In this document: in pieces, positions 32,097 through 42,316 of the stretch
Position numbering within the stretch: position 1 is the first letter of the stretch
Layout of the letters: each line of letters opens with the position of its first letter
NCBI GenBank assembly: GCA_963845145.1
Contig: CAWJQU010000017.1
Span: 96,001-160,000 of the forward strand
Length of the DNA stretch: 64,000 nt
Reading direction: 5' to 3'
DNA from: an uncultured delta proteobacterium
GTDB lineage: Bacteria > Desulfobacterota > Desulfobacteria > Desulfobacterales > QNYZ01
Notes under the pieces: model-generated
Told to the model about the DNA's origin: nothing
What the model saw: the letters and a program-made list of their open reading frames with translations, nothing else
Database searches by the model: none
Position numbers and translations under genes: made by a program

Positions 32097-33050
32097 ATGA
32101 GTACTGTAAGTGTTGGGAAGCCTATTTTGATAGTGGCTTTGGGCGGAAATGCGCTGGTCAAAAAGGGCCAGCGCGGCACCATTGAAGAGCAGTTCAAAAA
32201 CCTCAGCCTGCCGGTTAAGCAGATTGCGCGATTGTCGCAATCGTACCGGATTATCATCACCCATGGGAACGGGCCCCAAGTGGGCAACCTGCTGCTGCAA
32301 CAGGAGTGTTGTCCGGATATTCCCAAATTGCCTTTGGAAATACTGGTAGCGCAGACCGAAGGACAGATCGGCTACATGATTGAATCCAGCCTGGACGAAG
32401 CCCTGATGGATATTGGTATCTCTTACAGGCCGTTGATCAGCCTGATTACTTACGTGGTTGTCGACAAGGATGACCCGGCCTTTAAAAATCCCACCAAACC
32501 CATCGGGCCGGTATATAGCGAAGATAAACTTGCCTCGCTTTCCTATCCGACGGTAAAGACGGCCAAAGGTCACCGGCGGGTGGTTGCCTCGCCGCGTCCC
32601 GTCACCATTATCGAAAAACGGGAGATAAAAACCCTGATCGATATGGATTTTATTGTTATCTGCTGCGGCGGGGGCGGTATTCCTGTCATACGCAACGGCA
32701 GAGGGTTTCACGGTGTCGATGCCGTGGTCGACAAGGATTTGGCCAGTGCCAAACTAGCCCTGGAAGTGGGGGCCGATATATTTCTCATTGCAACCGACGA
32801 AGCCGGGGTATATTTAAATTATGGCACCGAAAAACAAAAAATGCTTGATACCGTTACGGCGGATGAGGCCATGCGTCACAAACGCAACGGCGAATTTCCC
32901 GATGGAACCATGGGACCGAAAGTTGAAGCCGCCGCGACTTTTGTTCGGCATACCGGTAAAAGGGCGGTGATTGCGGCGATCGATCAGATTGAAAAGGCGG
33001 TGGCCGATGAGGCCGGCACGACAATTATTCCCGGATCTGCCCGGAACTGA
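32097..33050 (+). CDS. arcC: Carbamate kinase
   Basis: VALGGNA, THGNGPQVG, PTKPIGP, RRVVASP, GGGGIPV, DKD, MGPK. Confidence 0.95.
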   Translation: MSTVSVGKPILIVALGGNALVKKGQRGTIEEQFKNLSLPVKQIARLSQSYRIIITHGNGPQVGNLLLQQECCPDIPKLPLEILVAQTEGQIGYMIESSLDEALMDIGISYRPLISLITYVVVDKDDPAFKNPTKPIGPVYSEDKLASLSYPTVKTAKGHRRVVASPRPVTIIEKREIKTLIDMDFIVICCGGGGIPVIRNGRGFHGVDAVVDKDLASAKLALEVGADIFLIATDEAGVYLNYGTEKQKMLDTVTADEAMRHKRNGEFPDGTMGPKVEAAATFVRHTGKRAVIAAIDQIEKAVADEAGTTIIPGSARN

Positions 33051-33134
33051 CTGATATGGGCAAGTTCGCAGCCGGCGCATAACCGATAAATTTCATTCAA
33101 CACCACATTTATATCCTAATCTGGGACCGACCCA

Positions 33135-34340
33135 ATGGCACTGATCTATCCCTTGAAAAATCAAATCTTGCCATATGCCTGGGGCTCGACCACGGCCATT
33201 GCAACCCTTTTGGGCCATTCAACGCCGTCCGAAACGCCTCAAGCCGAGTTGTGGATGGGGGGGCACCCCAAGGCGCCGTCATTGATCCAAATCGATGAAA
33301 AGTGGATCTCCCTGATTGACGGCATCGGAAAAGATCCGGAATCCATGTTGGGCGCTCATGTCGCCCGGCGGTTTGAAAGGCGCCTGCCTTATCTTTTTAA
33401 GGTCCTGGCCGTGGCAAAACCCCTCTCCATCCAGGCCCATCCCAACATAGATCAAGCTAAAATAGGCTTTGCAAGGGAAGAAGCACAAAATATTCCCTTT
33501 GATGCCCCTCACCGTAATTACAGGGATGCCAATCACAAGCCCGAATGTATTTGCGCCTTGACGCCGTTTTGGGCTTTAAATGGGTTTCGGCCGATCGATG
33601 AAGTTCTTCAAAGGCTTCAAACGGCTTGCCCTCAAACGCTAAGCGCCAAAATCAAACCATTTATCGACACACACAATCAATCCGACTTAAAACCGATATT
33701 CGAGCTGCTCATGACCTTTTCGCCGGAACGAAAAGCCGCAGTCGTAGGGGAAGCGGTAGCCTTTGCTCAGACCCGGAAGACCACAGCGCCAACCTGGGAA
33801 TGGATGGTAAGGCTGGCACGGTTTTATCCAAATGACATCGGCATACTGTCTCCCCTTTTTCTGAATCTGGTCTGCCTCTCCCCCGGCGAGGCCATGTACT
33901 TGCCCGCCGGGCGAATACACGCCTATCTGGAGGGAACCGGGCTGGAGTTGATGGCCAATTCGGACAATGTACTTCGTGGCGGGTTGACGGGTAAATATAT
34001 GGATGTGATCGAATTGCTGAACGTTCTGGACTTCGATTCGGAAACGATCAAACCGATTAAACCCCAGCGCCTCGATCCGTGTGAAGAGAAATACCCGGTG
34101 CCGGCAGTTGAATTTTCCCTGATCAGGATTACCTTAGATGGTACGAGATCTCATAAAGGTGCTTCCAAAGGCGGTCCTCGAATACTGTTATGCATCGATG
34201 GAAGTATGGAAATCAAAGATATAAGAACCGGTGAAACGGTAGGGATAGAAAAGGGACACTCGGTTTTTGTGGCGGGAAGCATTGTAGACTATGAATTGAC
34301 CGGAAAAGGAATCTGCTTTGCGGCAACCGTGCCGCTTTAA
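33135..34340 (+). CDS. manA: Mannose-6-phosphate isomerase, class I
   Basis: YAWGS, AELWMG, LSIQAHP, NHKPE, HAYL.G, ELMANSDNVLRGGLT. Confidence 0.95.
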   Translation: MALIYPLKNQILPYAWGSTTAIATLLGHSTPSETPQAELWMGGHPKAPSLIQIDEKWISLIDGIGKDPESMLGAHVARRFERRLPYLFKVLAVAKPLSIQAHPNIDQAKIGFAREEAQNIPFDAPHRNYRDANHKPECICALTPFWALNGFRPIDEVLQRLQTACPQTLSAKIKPFIDTHNQSDLKPIFELLMTFSPERKAAVVGEAVAFAQTRKTTAPTWEWMVRLARFYPNDIGILSPLFLNLVCLSPGEAMYLPAGRIHAYLEGTGLELMANSDNVLRGGLTGKYMDVIELLNVLDFDSETIKPIKPQRLDPCEEKYPVPAVEFSLIRITLDGTRSHKGASKGGPRILLCIDGSMEIKDIRTGETVGIEKGHSVFVAGSIVDYELTGKGICFAATVPL

Positions 34341-34417
34341 TTAACCCAGATAATAATGGTTGACAGGGCAAGCGGGGCAATGCTAATCGGCATGGTCAAT
34401 CGAAACGGAAAGAAGCA

Positions 34418-34489
34418 ATGGCACTATTACCTTCAGGCAGATATTATTTTTACTTTTATTGGGGACCCGTCTGCCTGGGGTGTACCTAA
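34418..34489 (+). CDS. Aromatic amino acid attenuator leader peptide (23 aa)
   Basis: MALLPSGRYYFYFYWGPVCLGCT*: seven consecutive Tyr/Phe/Trp codons. TTGACA upstream at 34360. Confidence 0.85.
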   Translation: MALLPSGRYYFYFYWGPVCLGCT

Positions 34490-34514
34490 ACGATGTAAAC
34501 CATCTGAATAAGGT

Positions 34515-34557
34515 AAAAGCCGCGGGCGGAAGAAAGCGCCTGCGGCTTTTTTATTTT
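34515..34557 (+). terminator. Attenuator terminator (3:4 hairpin)
   Basis: AAAAGCCGCGGGCG-loop-CGCCTGCGGCTTTT then TTATTTT. Confidence 0.88.
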
Positions 34558-34610
34558 GGGCTGCGGGCCATAAAGTCTCTGGCGTTTTGCCTTTCAAAAG
34601 GAGGCGAAGG

Positions 34611-35408
34611 ATGACACTGTTGGGAAAACGGATTCGAATGGAGCGGATCATCAATCGGAACACCCGCCATACGGTGATTGTTCCCATGGATCACGGCATC
34701 TCAGTGGGCCCGATTCCGGGATTGATTGATATAAAAGATGCCATCGCTCGGGTTGCCAAAGGGGGTGCCAATGCCATTGTCGAACACAAAGGTATGGTGG
34801 CTGAAGGGCATCGCGGTACCGGACGCGATGTGGGGTTGATCATCCACCTTTCGGCATCGACGGGACTGTCGACCCAACCCAACGCAAAAACCCTGGTCTG
34901 TACGGTGGAAGAGGCGATTAAACTGGGTGCCGATGCGGTATCGATTCATGTGAATCTAGGCAACGGCCAAGAAAAAGAGATGCTTTACGATTTCGGTCGG
35001 GTCAGCAACGATGCACGCTTGTGGGGCCTGCCGCTTTTGGCCATGATCTATCCCCGAGGTGAAAACATCAAAGACGAATATGATGTGGATGCCGTCAAAC
35101 ACGCCGCCCGATTGGGTGCTGAATTGGGTGCCGATCTGGTCAAAGTCTCCTATACCGGATCTTCCGAATCTTTTCGGGAAGTGATCGACGGATGCTCCGT
35201 GCCGGTAGTGATTGCCGGGGGGCCTAAAATGGATTCGGACAAAGAAATTCTGGAAATGGTGAAAGGTGCCATTGATGCCGGCGGGTCAGGGGTTTCCATT
35301 GGTAGAAACGTTTTCCAGCACAGCGATCCAACCAAAATGGTACAGGCCATCTCATCCATCGTGCATGACGGTGGTGATGTGGCGCAAGCGTTAACGTTTT
35401 TAAGCTAA
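34611..35408 (+). CDS. 2-amino-3,7-dideoxy-D-threo-hept-6-ulosonate synthase (AroA', class I aldolase)
   Basis: [41 protein letters not shown]; adjacent to DHQ synthase II. Confidence 0.9.
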   Translation: MTLLGKRIRMERIINRNTRHTVIVPMDHGISVGPIPGLIDIKDAIARVAKGGANAIVEHKGMVAEGHRGTGRDVGLIIHLSASTGLSTQPNAKTLVCTVEEAIKLGADAVSIHVNLGNGQEKEMLYDFGRVSNDARLWGLPLLAMIYPRGENIKDEYDVDAVKHAARLGAELGADLVKVSYTGSSESFREVIDGCSVPVVIAGGPKMDSDKEILEMVKGAIDAGGSGVSIGRNVFQHSDPTKMVQAISSIVHDGGDVAQALTFLS

Positions 35409-35482
35409 CCAAACGACGCTCGCAGTTATGTCGGTGGCACACCGGCACACCGGACCAGCCGAACAATCAGAAAGGCCGAACC

Positions 35483-36475
35483 ATGCGTAAAATTTGGGTA
35501 AAAGTGGACCCTTGGGATAAGGCATTGGTAACGACTGCCATCGAAGGGGGGGCGGACGGTATTTTGGTGCCCGAAGGCTATTCGAAAAAGGTAAAGGCGC
35601 TGGGGAAAATGCCAACCATCGCCGAAGATGGTGACCTGAAAATGGGTAAGGATGTGGTGTACTTTACCATTAAAAGCACTGAGGACGAGGCGGCAATCGT
35701 CAAATTGTGCCAGCGCCAAAAAGTGATTCTTGAAACAACGGACTGGCGCATCATCCCCCTGGAAAACCTAATCGCCCAGGGTGCCGATGTCATTATGAAG
35801 GTCGAGACGTTAGAAGAAGCACAGGCGGCTTTTGGCATACTGGAAAAAGGGGTGCAGCATATCCTTTTTGATACCGACGATGCGGTTGTCTTGAAAGCGT
35901 CCTTGGCGGCGTTGAAGACAATGGAAGAAAAACTCCAAATGGTCACGGCGAAGATCCGATCCGTTAAACCTGCCGGCATGGGCGATCGGGTTTGCATCGA
36001 CACGTGTTCCAACATGACGGCCGGAGAAGGAATGCTGGTGGGCAACAGCAGTGGTGCGCTTTTTCTCATTCATTCCGAGAGCATTACCAATCCATACGTG
36101 GCCCCACGACCATTTAGAGTCAATGCGGGGCCGGTGCATGCCTATACGCGTGTACCCGGAGACAAGACCCGCTATCTATCCGAACTTTGTTCCGGAGACC
36201 CGATACTGATCGTCGATTATACCGGCCGATCCACCGCGGGTGTAATCGGCCGGTTGAAAATCGAAAAAAGGCCCCTGATGCTGGTAACAGCCGACATTGG
36301 CGGGCAAACGGCCACCACCATCGTCCAGAATGCCGAAACCATACGATTGACACGACCCGATGGCACAGCTGTTTCCGTCGTCAACCTATCGGCAGGAGAC
36401 GAGGTCGTGGCGCTGGTGGAAGCCGCCGGCCGGCACTTTGGCCACAAAATCGAAGAAACCATTACGGAGAAGTAA
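35483..36475 (+). CDS. 3-dehydroquinate synthase II (AroB')
   Basis: DWRIIPLEN, GDRVCIDT, RPFRVNAGPVHAY, KIEKRP, QNAET, GRHFG. Confidence 0.95.
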   Translation: MRKIWVKVDPWDKALVTTAIEGGADGILVPEGYSKKVKALGKMPTIAEDGDLKMGKDVVYFTIKSTEDEAAIVKLCQRQKVILETTDWRIIPLENLIAQGADVIMKVETLEEAQAAFGILEKGVQHILFDTDDAVVLKASLAALKTMEEKLQMVTAKIRSVKPAGMGDRVCIDTCSNMTAGEGMLVGNSSGALFLIHSESITNPYVAPRPFRVNAGPVHAYTRVPGDKTRYLSELCSGDPILIVDYTGRSTAGVIGRLKIEKRPLMLVTADIGGQTATTIVQNAETIRLTRPDGTAVSVVNLSAGDEVVALVEAAGRHFGHKIEETITEK

Positions 36476-36481
36476 ACGCCC

Positions 36482-37435
36482 ATGCCTGGCGACGATGCGA
36501 ATGTGGCGGGGTTAAAGGTCGATCCAGCCCAGATTAATTCAACTCAGGTTGATCTGGCTCGGATTGATCTATCTCGGGTTGATCCTGATTGCGGGCGGTG
36601 TCCCATCGATTCGGAAACCGCGCTCTACGCCGTCATCGGTAATCCGGTGGGGCATAGCTTGAGCCCACTCATGCACAATGCGGCCTTTCTCAAAAGCAGG
36701 CTGAATGCGATCTATGTCGCTTTCAGGGTTACCGATATCCATAGCGCCATATCAGGCCTGCGGTCCTTGGGATTTGCCGGGGTCAGCGTCACAATCCCCC
36801 ATAAAACAGCCGTCCTCGATCTGTTGGATGCAGTGGACCCGGAGGCGGCGGCCATCGGAGCCGTAAACACCATTGTCAAAAGAAAAAGAAAGCTGGTTGG
36901 CTTCAATACCGATGGCGCCGGTGCCGTTCGTGCCCTTAGCGCCAAAATCACCCTGAGTGAAAAACGCACGGTTGTCATCGGCGCCGGCGGTGCGGCCCGG
37001 GCGATCGGCTATGCCGTTACGGCAGCGGGCGGCTGCGTCACCATCGTCAACCGCAGTCAAAAAAACGGCGAGGCCCTCGCAAAAGATCTGGGTGCCGATT
37101 TTCGGTTCCTTTCTGATTTTAACGGGACGTCGTGCGACGTACTGATAAATACAACGCCGGTCGGCATGCTGCCCCGTACTGATGCCATACCGGTTGATGA
37201 AGCGTTTTTGCATCCGGATATGGTGGTGATGGATATCGTCTACAATCCCCTTGAAACGCGGTTGCTTCGTGCCGCCGCCCGTATCGGCTGCACAACCGTA
37301 AGTGGTCTCGACATGTTCGTCTATCAGGGAGCGGCCCAATTTGAGTTGTGGACGAAAATACCGGCGCCAGTAGAAAGGATGCGTTCGGCTGTTTTAAAGG
37401 CCCTTTCATCAATTAATGACACTCGAGAAGGTTAA
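36482..37435 (+). CDS. aroE: Shikimate dehydrogenase
   Basis: HSLSP.MHN, SVTIPHK, GAVNT, NTD, GAGGAAR, NTTPVGM. Confidence 0.95.
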   Translation: MPGDDANVAGLKVDPAQINSTQVDLARIDLSRVDPDCGRCPIDSETALYAVIGNPVGHSLSPLMHNAAFLKSRLNAIYVAFRVTDIHSAISGLRSLGFAGVSVTIPHKTAVLDLLDAVDPEAAAIGAVNTIVKRKRKLVGFNTDGAGAVRALSAKITLSEKRTVVIGAGGAARAIGYAVTAAGGCVTIVNRSQKNGEALAKDLGADFRFLSDFNGTSCDVLINTTPVGMLPRTDAIPVDEAFLHPDMVVMDIVYNPLETRLLRAAARIGCTTVSGLDMFVYQGAAQFELWTKIPAPVERMRSAVLKALSSINDTREG

Positions 37436-38698
37436 ATGCGCGAGATCAAACCAGGCCCCATTCGCGAATGTCGCATAAAGATCCCCGGATCAAAAAGCCA
37501 CACCCATCGCGCGCTGTTGGTATCTGCCTTGGCGGCCGACAACAGCACCATTCTAAACGGTTTGAACAGCGAGGACACCCAATTTACGATCGAGGCTCTC
37601 AGGCAAATGGGGGTTAAAATCGACGAAAATGCTGAGGGAAATTGGCGTGTAACTGGTTGTGGCGGCCGGTTTAATCCGAGCGATGATCCCATTTACCTCG
37701 GTAACTCGGGGACCTCTATGCGGTTGATTACCGCCCTGACGGCTTTAGGCCGGGGGCCGTACACGCTAAAGGGAACCGATCGGATGCACCAGCGGCCCAT
37801 TGGGAAATTGTTGAATGGTTTGCGGCAGATCGGCGCCGAAGCTTTGTCTGTTAACGACAACGATTGCCCTCCGGTGATTATCAACGGCAAAAACCTCACC
37901 GGTGGTCGAATCGAGTTGGACTGCAGCGACAGCAGCCAGTACCTTTCGGCATTATTGATGATTGCTCCCTGTACACCAAAGGGCTTGCGCATTAAAATTA
38001 CCCAGGGGCCGGTATCCCGCCCTTATGTCGACATGACGGTGGCCATCATGGAATCATTCGGCATAACGGTTGAGCGGGAAGCCTACGCTTATTTCACCGT
38101 TGCTGGGGGCCAGGATTACCAAGCGACGCAAACAAGCGTTGAGCCGGATGCATCCAACGCGAGTTATTTTTGGGCCGCCGCCGCCGTTACCGGGGTTTCG
38201 ATCACCGTGGCAGGGATCTCTTTGGACAGCCTTCAAGGGGATGTGCGGTTTGTCGAACGGCTCGAAAAGATGGGTTGCAACATTAAGCTATTGGATGATG
38301 GAATCAATGTAACCGGTGGAAAATTAAGTGGAATAGATGTTGATATGTCTCACATGCCGGACATGGTGCCCACCCTGGCGGTGGTGGCTGCGTTTGCCGA
38401 GGGCACAACCAGAATTCGTGGGGTCGGCCATTTAAAAGTAAAGGAGTGCAATCGGCTCAATGCTGTGGGCACGGAATTGACCAAGATGGGCATCGATGTT
38501 GAAATCGGTGATTCGACACTGATTATTAACGGCGGGAGACCTCGCGGAGCCGTGATCGACACCTACGATGATCATCGCATGGCCATGAGTTTTGCCGTGG
38601 CCGGCTTGAGGACACCAGGGGTTTGCATTAAAAATGAATCCTGTGTTGAAAAATCGTTTCCCTCATTTTGGGAAGTATTCGACGGATTATATCGATGA
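37436..38698 (+). CDS. aroA: EPSP synthase
   Basis: PGSKS, GNSGT..R, SSQYLS, KECNR, DDHRMAM. Confidence 0.96.
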   Translation: MREIKPGPIRECRIKIPGSKSHTHRALLVSALAADNSTILNGLNSEDTQFTIEALRQMGVKIDENAEGNWRVTGCGGRFNPSDDPIYLGNSGTSMRLITALTALGRGPYTLKGTDRMHQRPIGKLLNGLRQIGAEALSVNDNDCPPVIINGKNLTGGRIELDCSDSSQYLSALLMIAPCTPKGLRIKITQGPVSRPYVDMTVAIMESFGITVEREAYAYFTVAGGQDYQATQTSVEPDASNASYFWAAAAVTGVSITVAGISLDSLQGDVRFVERLEKMGCNIKLLDDGINVTGGKLSGIDVDMSHMPDMVPTLAVVAAFAEGTTRIRGVGHLKVKECNRLNAVGTELTKMGIDVEIGDSTLIINGGRPRGAVIDTYDDHRMAMSFAVAGLRTPGVCIKNESCVEKSFPSFWEVFDGLYR

Positions 38699-38738
38699 CA
38701 TTTTCGAAAGCCTCTTCGAAAACCTATTGGATGGATAA

Positions 38739-39314
38739 ATGAACGTCTTTCTCATCGGCTTTCGGTGTACGGGGAAAACCACGGTTGGGCGAATCTTATC
38801 CGAATCGCTCGGTCTGCGGTTTATCGATACCGATCGCCAGTTTGTTGCCGAAGCCGGTCAGTCCATTGACAGTGCTGTCAACACGTATGGCTGGCGGCAT
38901 TTTCGTCAATGGGAAGCAAACATCCTGGCGCAAGTTTGTACCGGAGAAGGCCAGGTGGTGGCAACCGGCGGCGGCGTCATTCTCAATCCGGATAACGTGG
39001 CCGGCATGAACAGGAGCGGTGCGGTCGTCTGGCTTTGCGCGTCACCGGAAACCATTGTCAGGCGAATGACGGGTGATGACGATTCGCAAATATCGAGGCC
39101 TTCGTTGACGGGTAAAGCGCCATCTGTTGAAGTCATTGAGGTATTATCCCAACGGACGCCGTTATACCGGCAGGCAGCCGACATTGAGGTGATGACCGAT
39201 GAGCGGTCGCAGGGAATGATCGCCGATGAGATTGTTCAGGCTTTGGGAGCGTTCAAGAAGCAATCGCTAAATATAGGTTTAAAAAGAGGTGAGGGGGCCG
39301 GTAAAAATGAGTAG
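38739..39314 (+). CDS. aroK: Shikimate kinase
   Basis: [23 protein letters not shown]. Confidence 0.93.
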   Translation: MNVFLIGFRCTGKTTVGRILSESLGLRFIDTDRQFVAEAGQSIDSAVNTYGWRHFRQWEANILAQVCTGEGQVVATGGGVILNPDNVAGMNRSGAVVWLCASPETIVRRMTGDDDSQISRPSLTGKAPSVEVIEVLSQRTPLYRQAADIEVMTDERSQGMIADEIVQALGAFKKQSLNIGLKRGEGAGKNE

Positions 39315-40386
39315 CACGTTTGGAACACTTTTTCGGGTGACGACTTTCGGGGAATCCCACTGCAAGGGCGTAGGGGCTGTAATTGATGGATGCCCCCCGA
39401 AAATGGGGCTATCGGAGGCGGATATACAACCTCAATTGGACCGGCGCCGCCCAGGCCAGAGTCGGCTCACCACCGATCGAAGCGAAGCCGATCAGGTCAC
39501 TATTTTATCGGGAGTGGAAAACGGAAAAACCCTGGGAACGCCGGTGGCCCTAATGGTCGCCAATCAAGACCAACGGCCGGGCGATTATACCGCCATGCAA
39601 AACATTCCCCGTCCCTCCCATGCCGACTATACCTACCAGAAAAAATACGGTATTCGGGCTTCCAGCGGGGGTGGGCGTTCCAGTGCCCGGGAAACCATCG
39701 GCCGGGTGGCGGCGGGTGCCGTGGCAGAAAAGTTTCTACATGAAATATTCGGTATAAAGATTGTCGCCTGGGTTAGCGCGGTGGGTGACATTACGGCGCC
39801 AAAGCCGGAAATGGATGCCATTGAACGCGATGAGGTGGATTCCAGTCCCATTCGATGTCCGGATGCGGGCACCTCCGATCGAATGATCGCATTGGTTGAA
39901 GAGACCAAGGCCGCCAATGACTCCATCGGGGGGATTGTTTCATGCATATGCCGCAATGTGCCGGCGGGACTGGGGGAGCCGGTCTTCGATAAACTGGAAG
40001 CGCGCTTGGCCCAGGCCATGCTGTCAATACCGGCCACCAAAGGATTTGAAATCGGATCCGGTTTTAAGGGTACACGGATGACCGGATCGGTTCACAATGA
40101 CCCGTTTGTATCGAGAGACGGTCGCCTGGGTACTGTCACCAACCATAGTGGTGGCGTTCAGGGCGGCATCTCAAACGGTGAGGCAATCACCTTTCGCGTG
40201 GCTTTTAAACCGCCGGCGACCATCGGGCAAGCCCAGCAAACGGTTGATTTTGACGGAAACAAGGTCGTTTTGGAAGCCAAGGGACGCCACGACCCGTGTG
40301 TTGTTCCCCGGGCCGTGCCCATCGTAGAGGCCATGGCGGCTTTGGTTTTGATTGATCTGGTGATGCGGCAAAAGCGGTTTGATTGA
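39307..40386 (+). CDS. aroC: Chorismate synthase
   Basis: [31 protein letters not shown]. Confidence 0.97.
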   Translation: MSSTFGTLFRVTTFGESHCKGVGAVIDGCPPKMGLSEADIQPQLDRRRPGQSRLTTDRSEADQVTILSGVENGKTLGTPVALMVANQDQRPGDYTAMQNIPRPSHADYTYQKKYGIRASSGGGRSSARETIGRVAAGAVAEKFLHEIFGIKIVAWVSAVGDITAPKPEMDAIERDEVDSSPIRCPDAGTSDRMIALVEETKAANDSIGGIVSCICRNVPAGLGEPVFDKLEARLAQAMLSIPATKGFEIGSGFKGTRMTGSVHNDPFVSRDGRLGTVTNHSGGVQGGISNGEAITFRVAFKPPATIGQAQQTVDFDGNKVVLEAKGRHDPCVVPRAVPIVEAMAALVLIDLVMRQKRFD

Positions 40387-40470
40387 AAACATGAAAGAGG
40401 GAGCGGTTAAGAAAAAAAGCAATTCGCTAAACGCGGACCCGTCCGTCGCGTGCGGACCAACGGAATCTCC

Positions 40471-41241
40471 ATGAATAAAATCCAATCCATCGGCATCATC
40501 GGTTTCGGTCGCTTCAGCCGCTTGATGGTGCGCTATTTATCGGACGATTTTGAGGTAACGGTTTTTGATCGCCGTAATCGCACCGAGATCGTGGCCGATC
40601 TTGGCGGCCGCGCCGGTTCCCTGGACGAAGCCTGTGGATGTGACCTGGTTGTTCCGGCGGTGCCCATATCCGCCATGCAATCCGTCCTTATGAAGATGGC
40701 CCCTTTGCTTGGTTCAACCAGCCTGGTGATGGATATCTGTTCCGTAAAGACATATCCTGTGCAATGGATGGCCCAATTACTTCCCCCGGATACCGCCTTT
40801 ATAGCAACCCACCCCATGTTTGGTCCGGACAGTGCGGCTGGGACCCTGGCAGGCCAGAAGATGATATTGTGCCGGCAACGGATCGATTCGAACCGATATG
40901 GTTGCATCCGCGATTATTTGAAATCGAAGCAATTGGTTGTTATTGAGACAACCCCGGAAGAACACGACCGGCAGATGGCCGCGACCCTGGCTTTGACTCA
41001 TTTTATTGGCCGCTCCCTGGCGGAATACGGTGCTGAGCCTTTGGATATTGACACCGAAGGCTACAAACGGTTGTTGTATACCCTGGAAACGGTCACCCAC
41101 GACACCTGGGAGTTGTTTACGGATATGCACCACTACAATCCCTTTGCTAAAGATATCCGTACACGCTTCAAGGCGGCCGTGATGCGGATCGATGCCCGGC
41201 TTGATGAGGTTGATCCATCGCCCACGAGGTCAACCCAATGA
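40471..41241 (+). CDS. tyrA: Prephenate/arogenate dehydrogenase
   Basis: GFGRF, DICSVK, THPMFGP, EEHD. Confidence 0.88.
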   Translation: MNKIQSIGIIGFGRFSRLMVRYLSDDFEVTVFDRRNRTEIVADLGGRAGSLDEACGCDLVVPAVPISAMQSVLMKMAPLLGSTSLVMDICSVKTYPVQWMAQLLPPDTAFIATHPMFGPDSAAGTLAGQKMILCRQRIDSNRYGCIRDYLKSKQLVVIETTPEEHDRQMAATLALTHFIGRSLAEYGAEPLDIDTEGYKRLLYTLETVTHDTWELFTDMHHYNPFAKDIRTRFKAAVMRIDARLDEVDPSPTRSTQ

Positions 41242-42239
41242 ATCAGCCGGCTGAATCGGTTCTGATAACCGGGGGGGGCGGATTTTTAGGAAGCGCCATC
41301 GTCCGTATGATCACGGCGGAAGGGGGTGGGGTCAGTAGTTTTTCACGCCGGTTTTATTCGGACCTGGACGCCCTTGGTGTGAAACAGATTCAGGGCGATG
41401 TCCGGGATCGGGATGCGGTTATGTCCGCATGTGAAGGGGTCGATCTGGTTTTTCATACAGCGGCCAAAGCCGGGGGCTGGGGGAAATACAGAGACTTTTT
41501 TGATATCAACGTAACGGGTACCGAAAATATCATTGCCGCTTGCAAACACCATCAGGTGTCCCGCCTGATTTATACGAGTTCACCCAGCGTGGTGTTCGAT
41601 AAGAAGGATAAAACCGGCATCAATGAATCCGCTCCATACGTCACCCATTTTCAAGCCCACTACCCAGCCACCAAAGCCCAGGCAGAACAAGCTGTCCGAA
41701 AGGCAGCCGGTGAGGGGCTGCCAACCATTTCACTACGCCCCCATCTGATCTGGGGCCCCGGTGACAATCACCTTGTTCCCCGAATATTGGAACGGTCCCA
41801 TCGATTAAAACGCATTGGTGATGGGTCGAATCGGGTGGATACAACCTATATAGACAATGCAGCTTTGGCCCACCTGCTGGCTGCCCGAAAATTAAAAGAG
41901 AACCCGGTGCTATCCGGAAACGTCTACTTTATCAGTCAAGGCGAGCCCATACCCCTTTGGAATATGGTGGATAAAATTCTTGCCGCGGATGGTAAAGATC
42001 CGGTGACAGGTCGAGTGTCTCCACGAGTCGCCTGGATGGTCGGCGCCGTTCTAGAAGGTTTCCACAAGGTGTTTGGTATTTCCCGGGAACCCTTCATGAC
42101 CCGATTTGGCGCCACCGAATTGGCCACCTCTCACTGGTTCGATATTACGGCGGCCAGGGAAGATCTGGGATATGCGCCGACTATTTCCACGGAAGAAGGG
42201 TTGGACCGCTTGGCCAAATGGTTGAATCCAGTTAACTGA
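41238..42239 (+). CDS. Extended SDR, 3-beta-HSD/OleD-like reductase
   Basis: TGGGGFLG, YTSSPSV, YPATK, LRPHLIWGPGD. ATGA overlap with tyrA. Confidence 0.85.
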   Translation: MNQPAESVLITGGGGFLGSAIVRMITAEGGGVSSFSRRFYSDLDALGVKQIQGDVRDRDAVMSACEGVDLVFHTAAKAGGWGKYRDFFDINVTGTENIIAACKHHQVSRLIYTSSPSVVFDKKDKTGINESAPYVTHFQAHYPATKAQAEQAVRKAAGEGLPTISLRPHLIWGPGDNHLVPRILERSHRLKRIGDGSNRVDTTYIDNAALAHLLAARKLKENPVLSGNVYFISQGEPIPLWNMVDKILAADGKDPVTGRVSPRVAWMVGAVLEGFHKVFGISREPFMTRFGATELATSHWFDITAAREDLGYAPTISTEEGLDRLAKWLNPVN

Positions 42240-42273
42240 AGGTATTCAACCATTGAGAATTAGGTCACGATAT

Positions 42274-42303
42274 AAAATGAGGGTACGCCCCCATCTCATT
42301 TTT
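42274..42303. terminator. Possible bidirectional terminator
   Basis: AAAATGAG...CTCATTTT between convergent genes. Confidence 0.5.
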
Positions 42304-42316
42304 GTTCGGTGATTTT

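Noticed and set aside
34392..34511. Alternative 39-aa leader ORF (MVNRNGKKQWHYY...)
   Set aside because: It starts at about the predicted transcription start with no SD; the 34418 frame has the seven-codon aromatic run positioned to control the hairpins.
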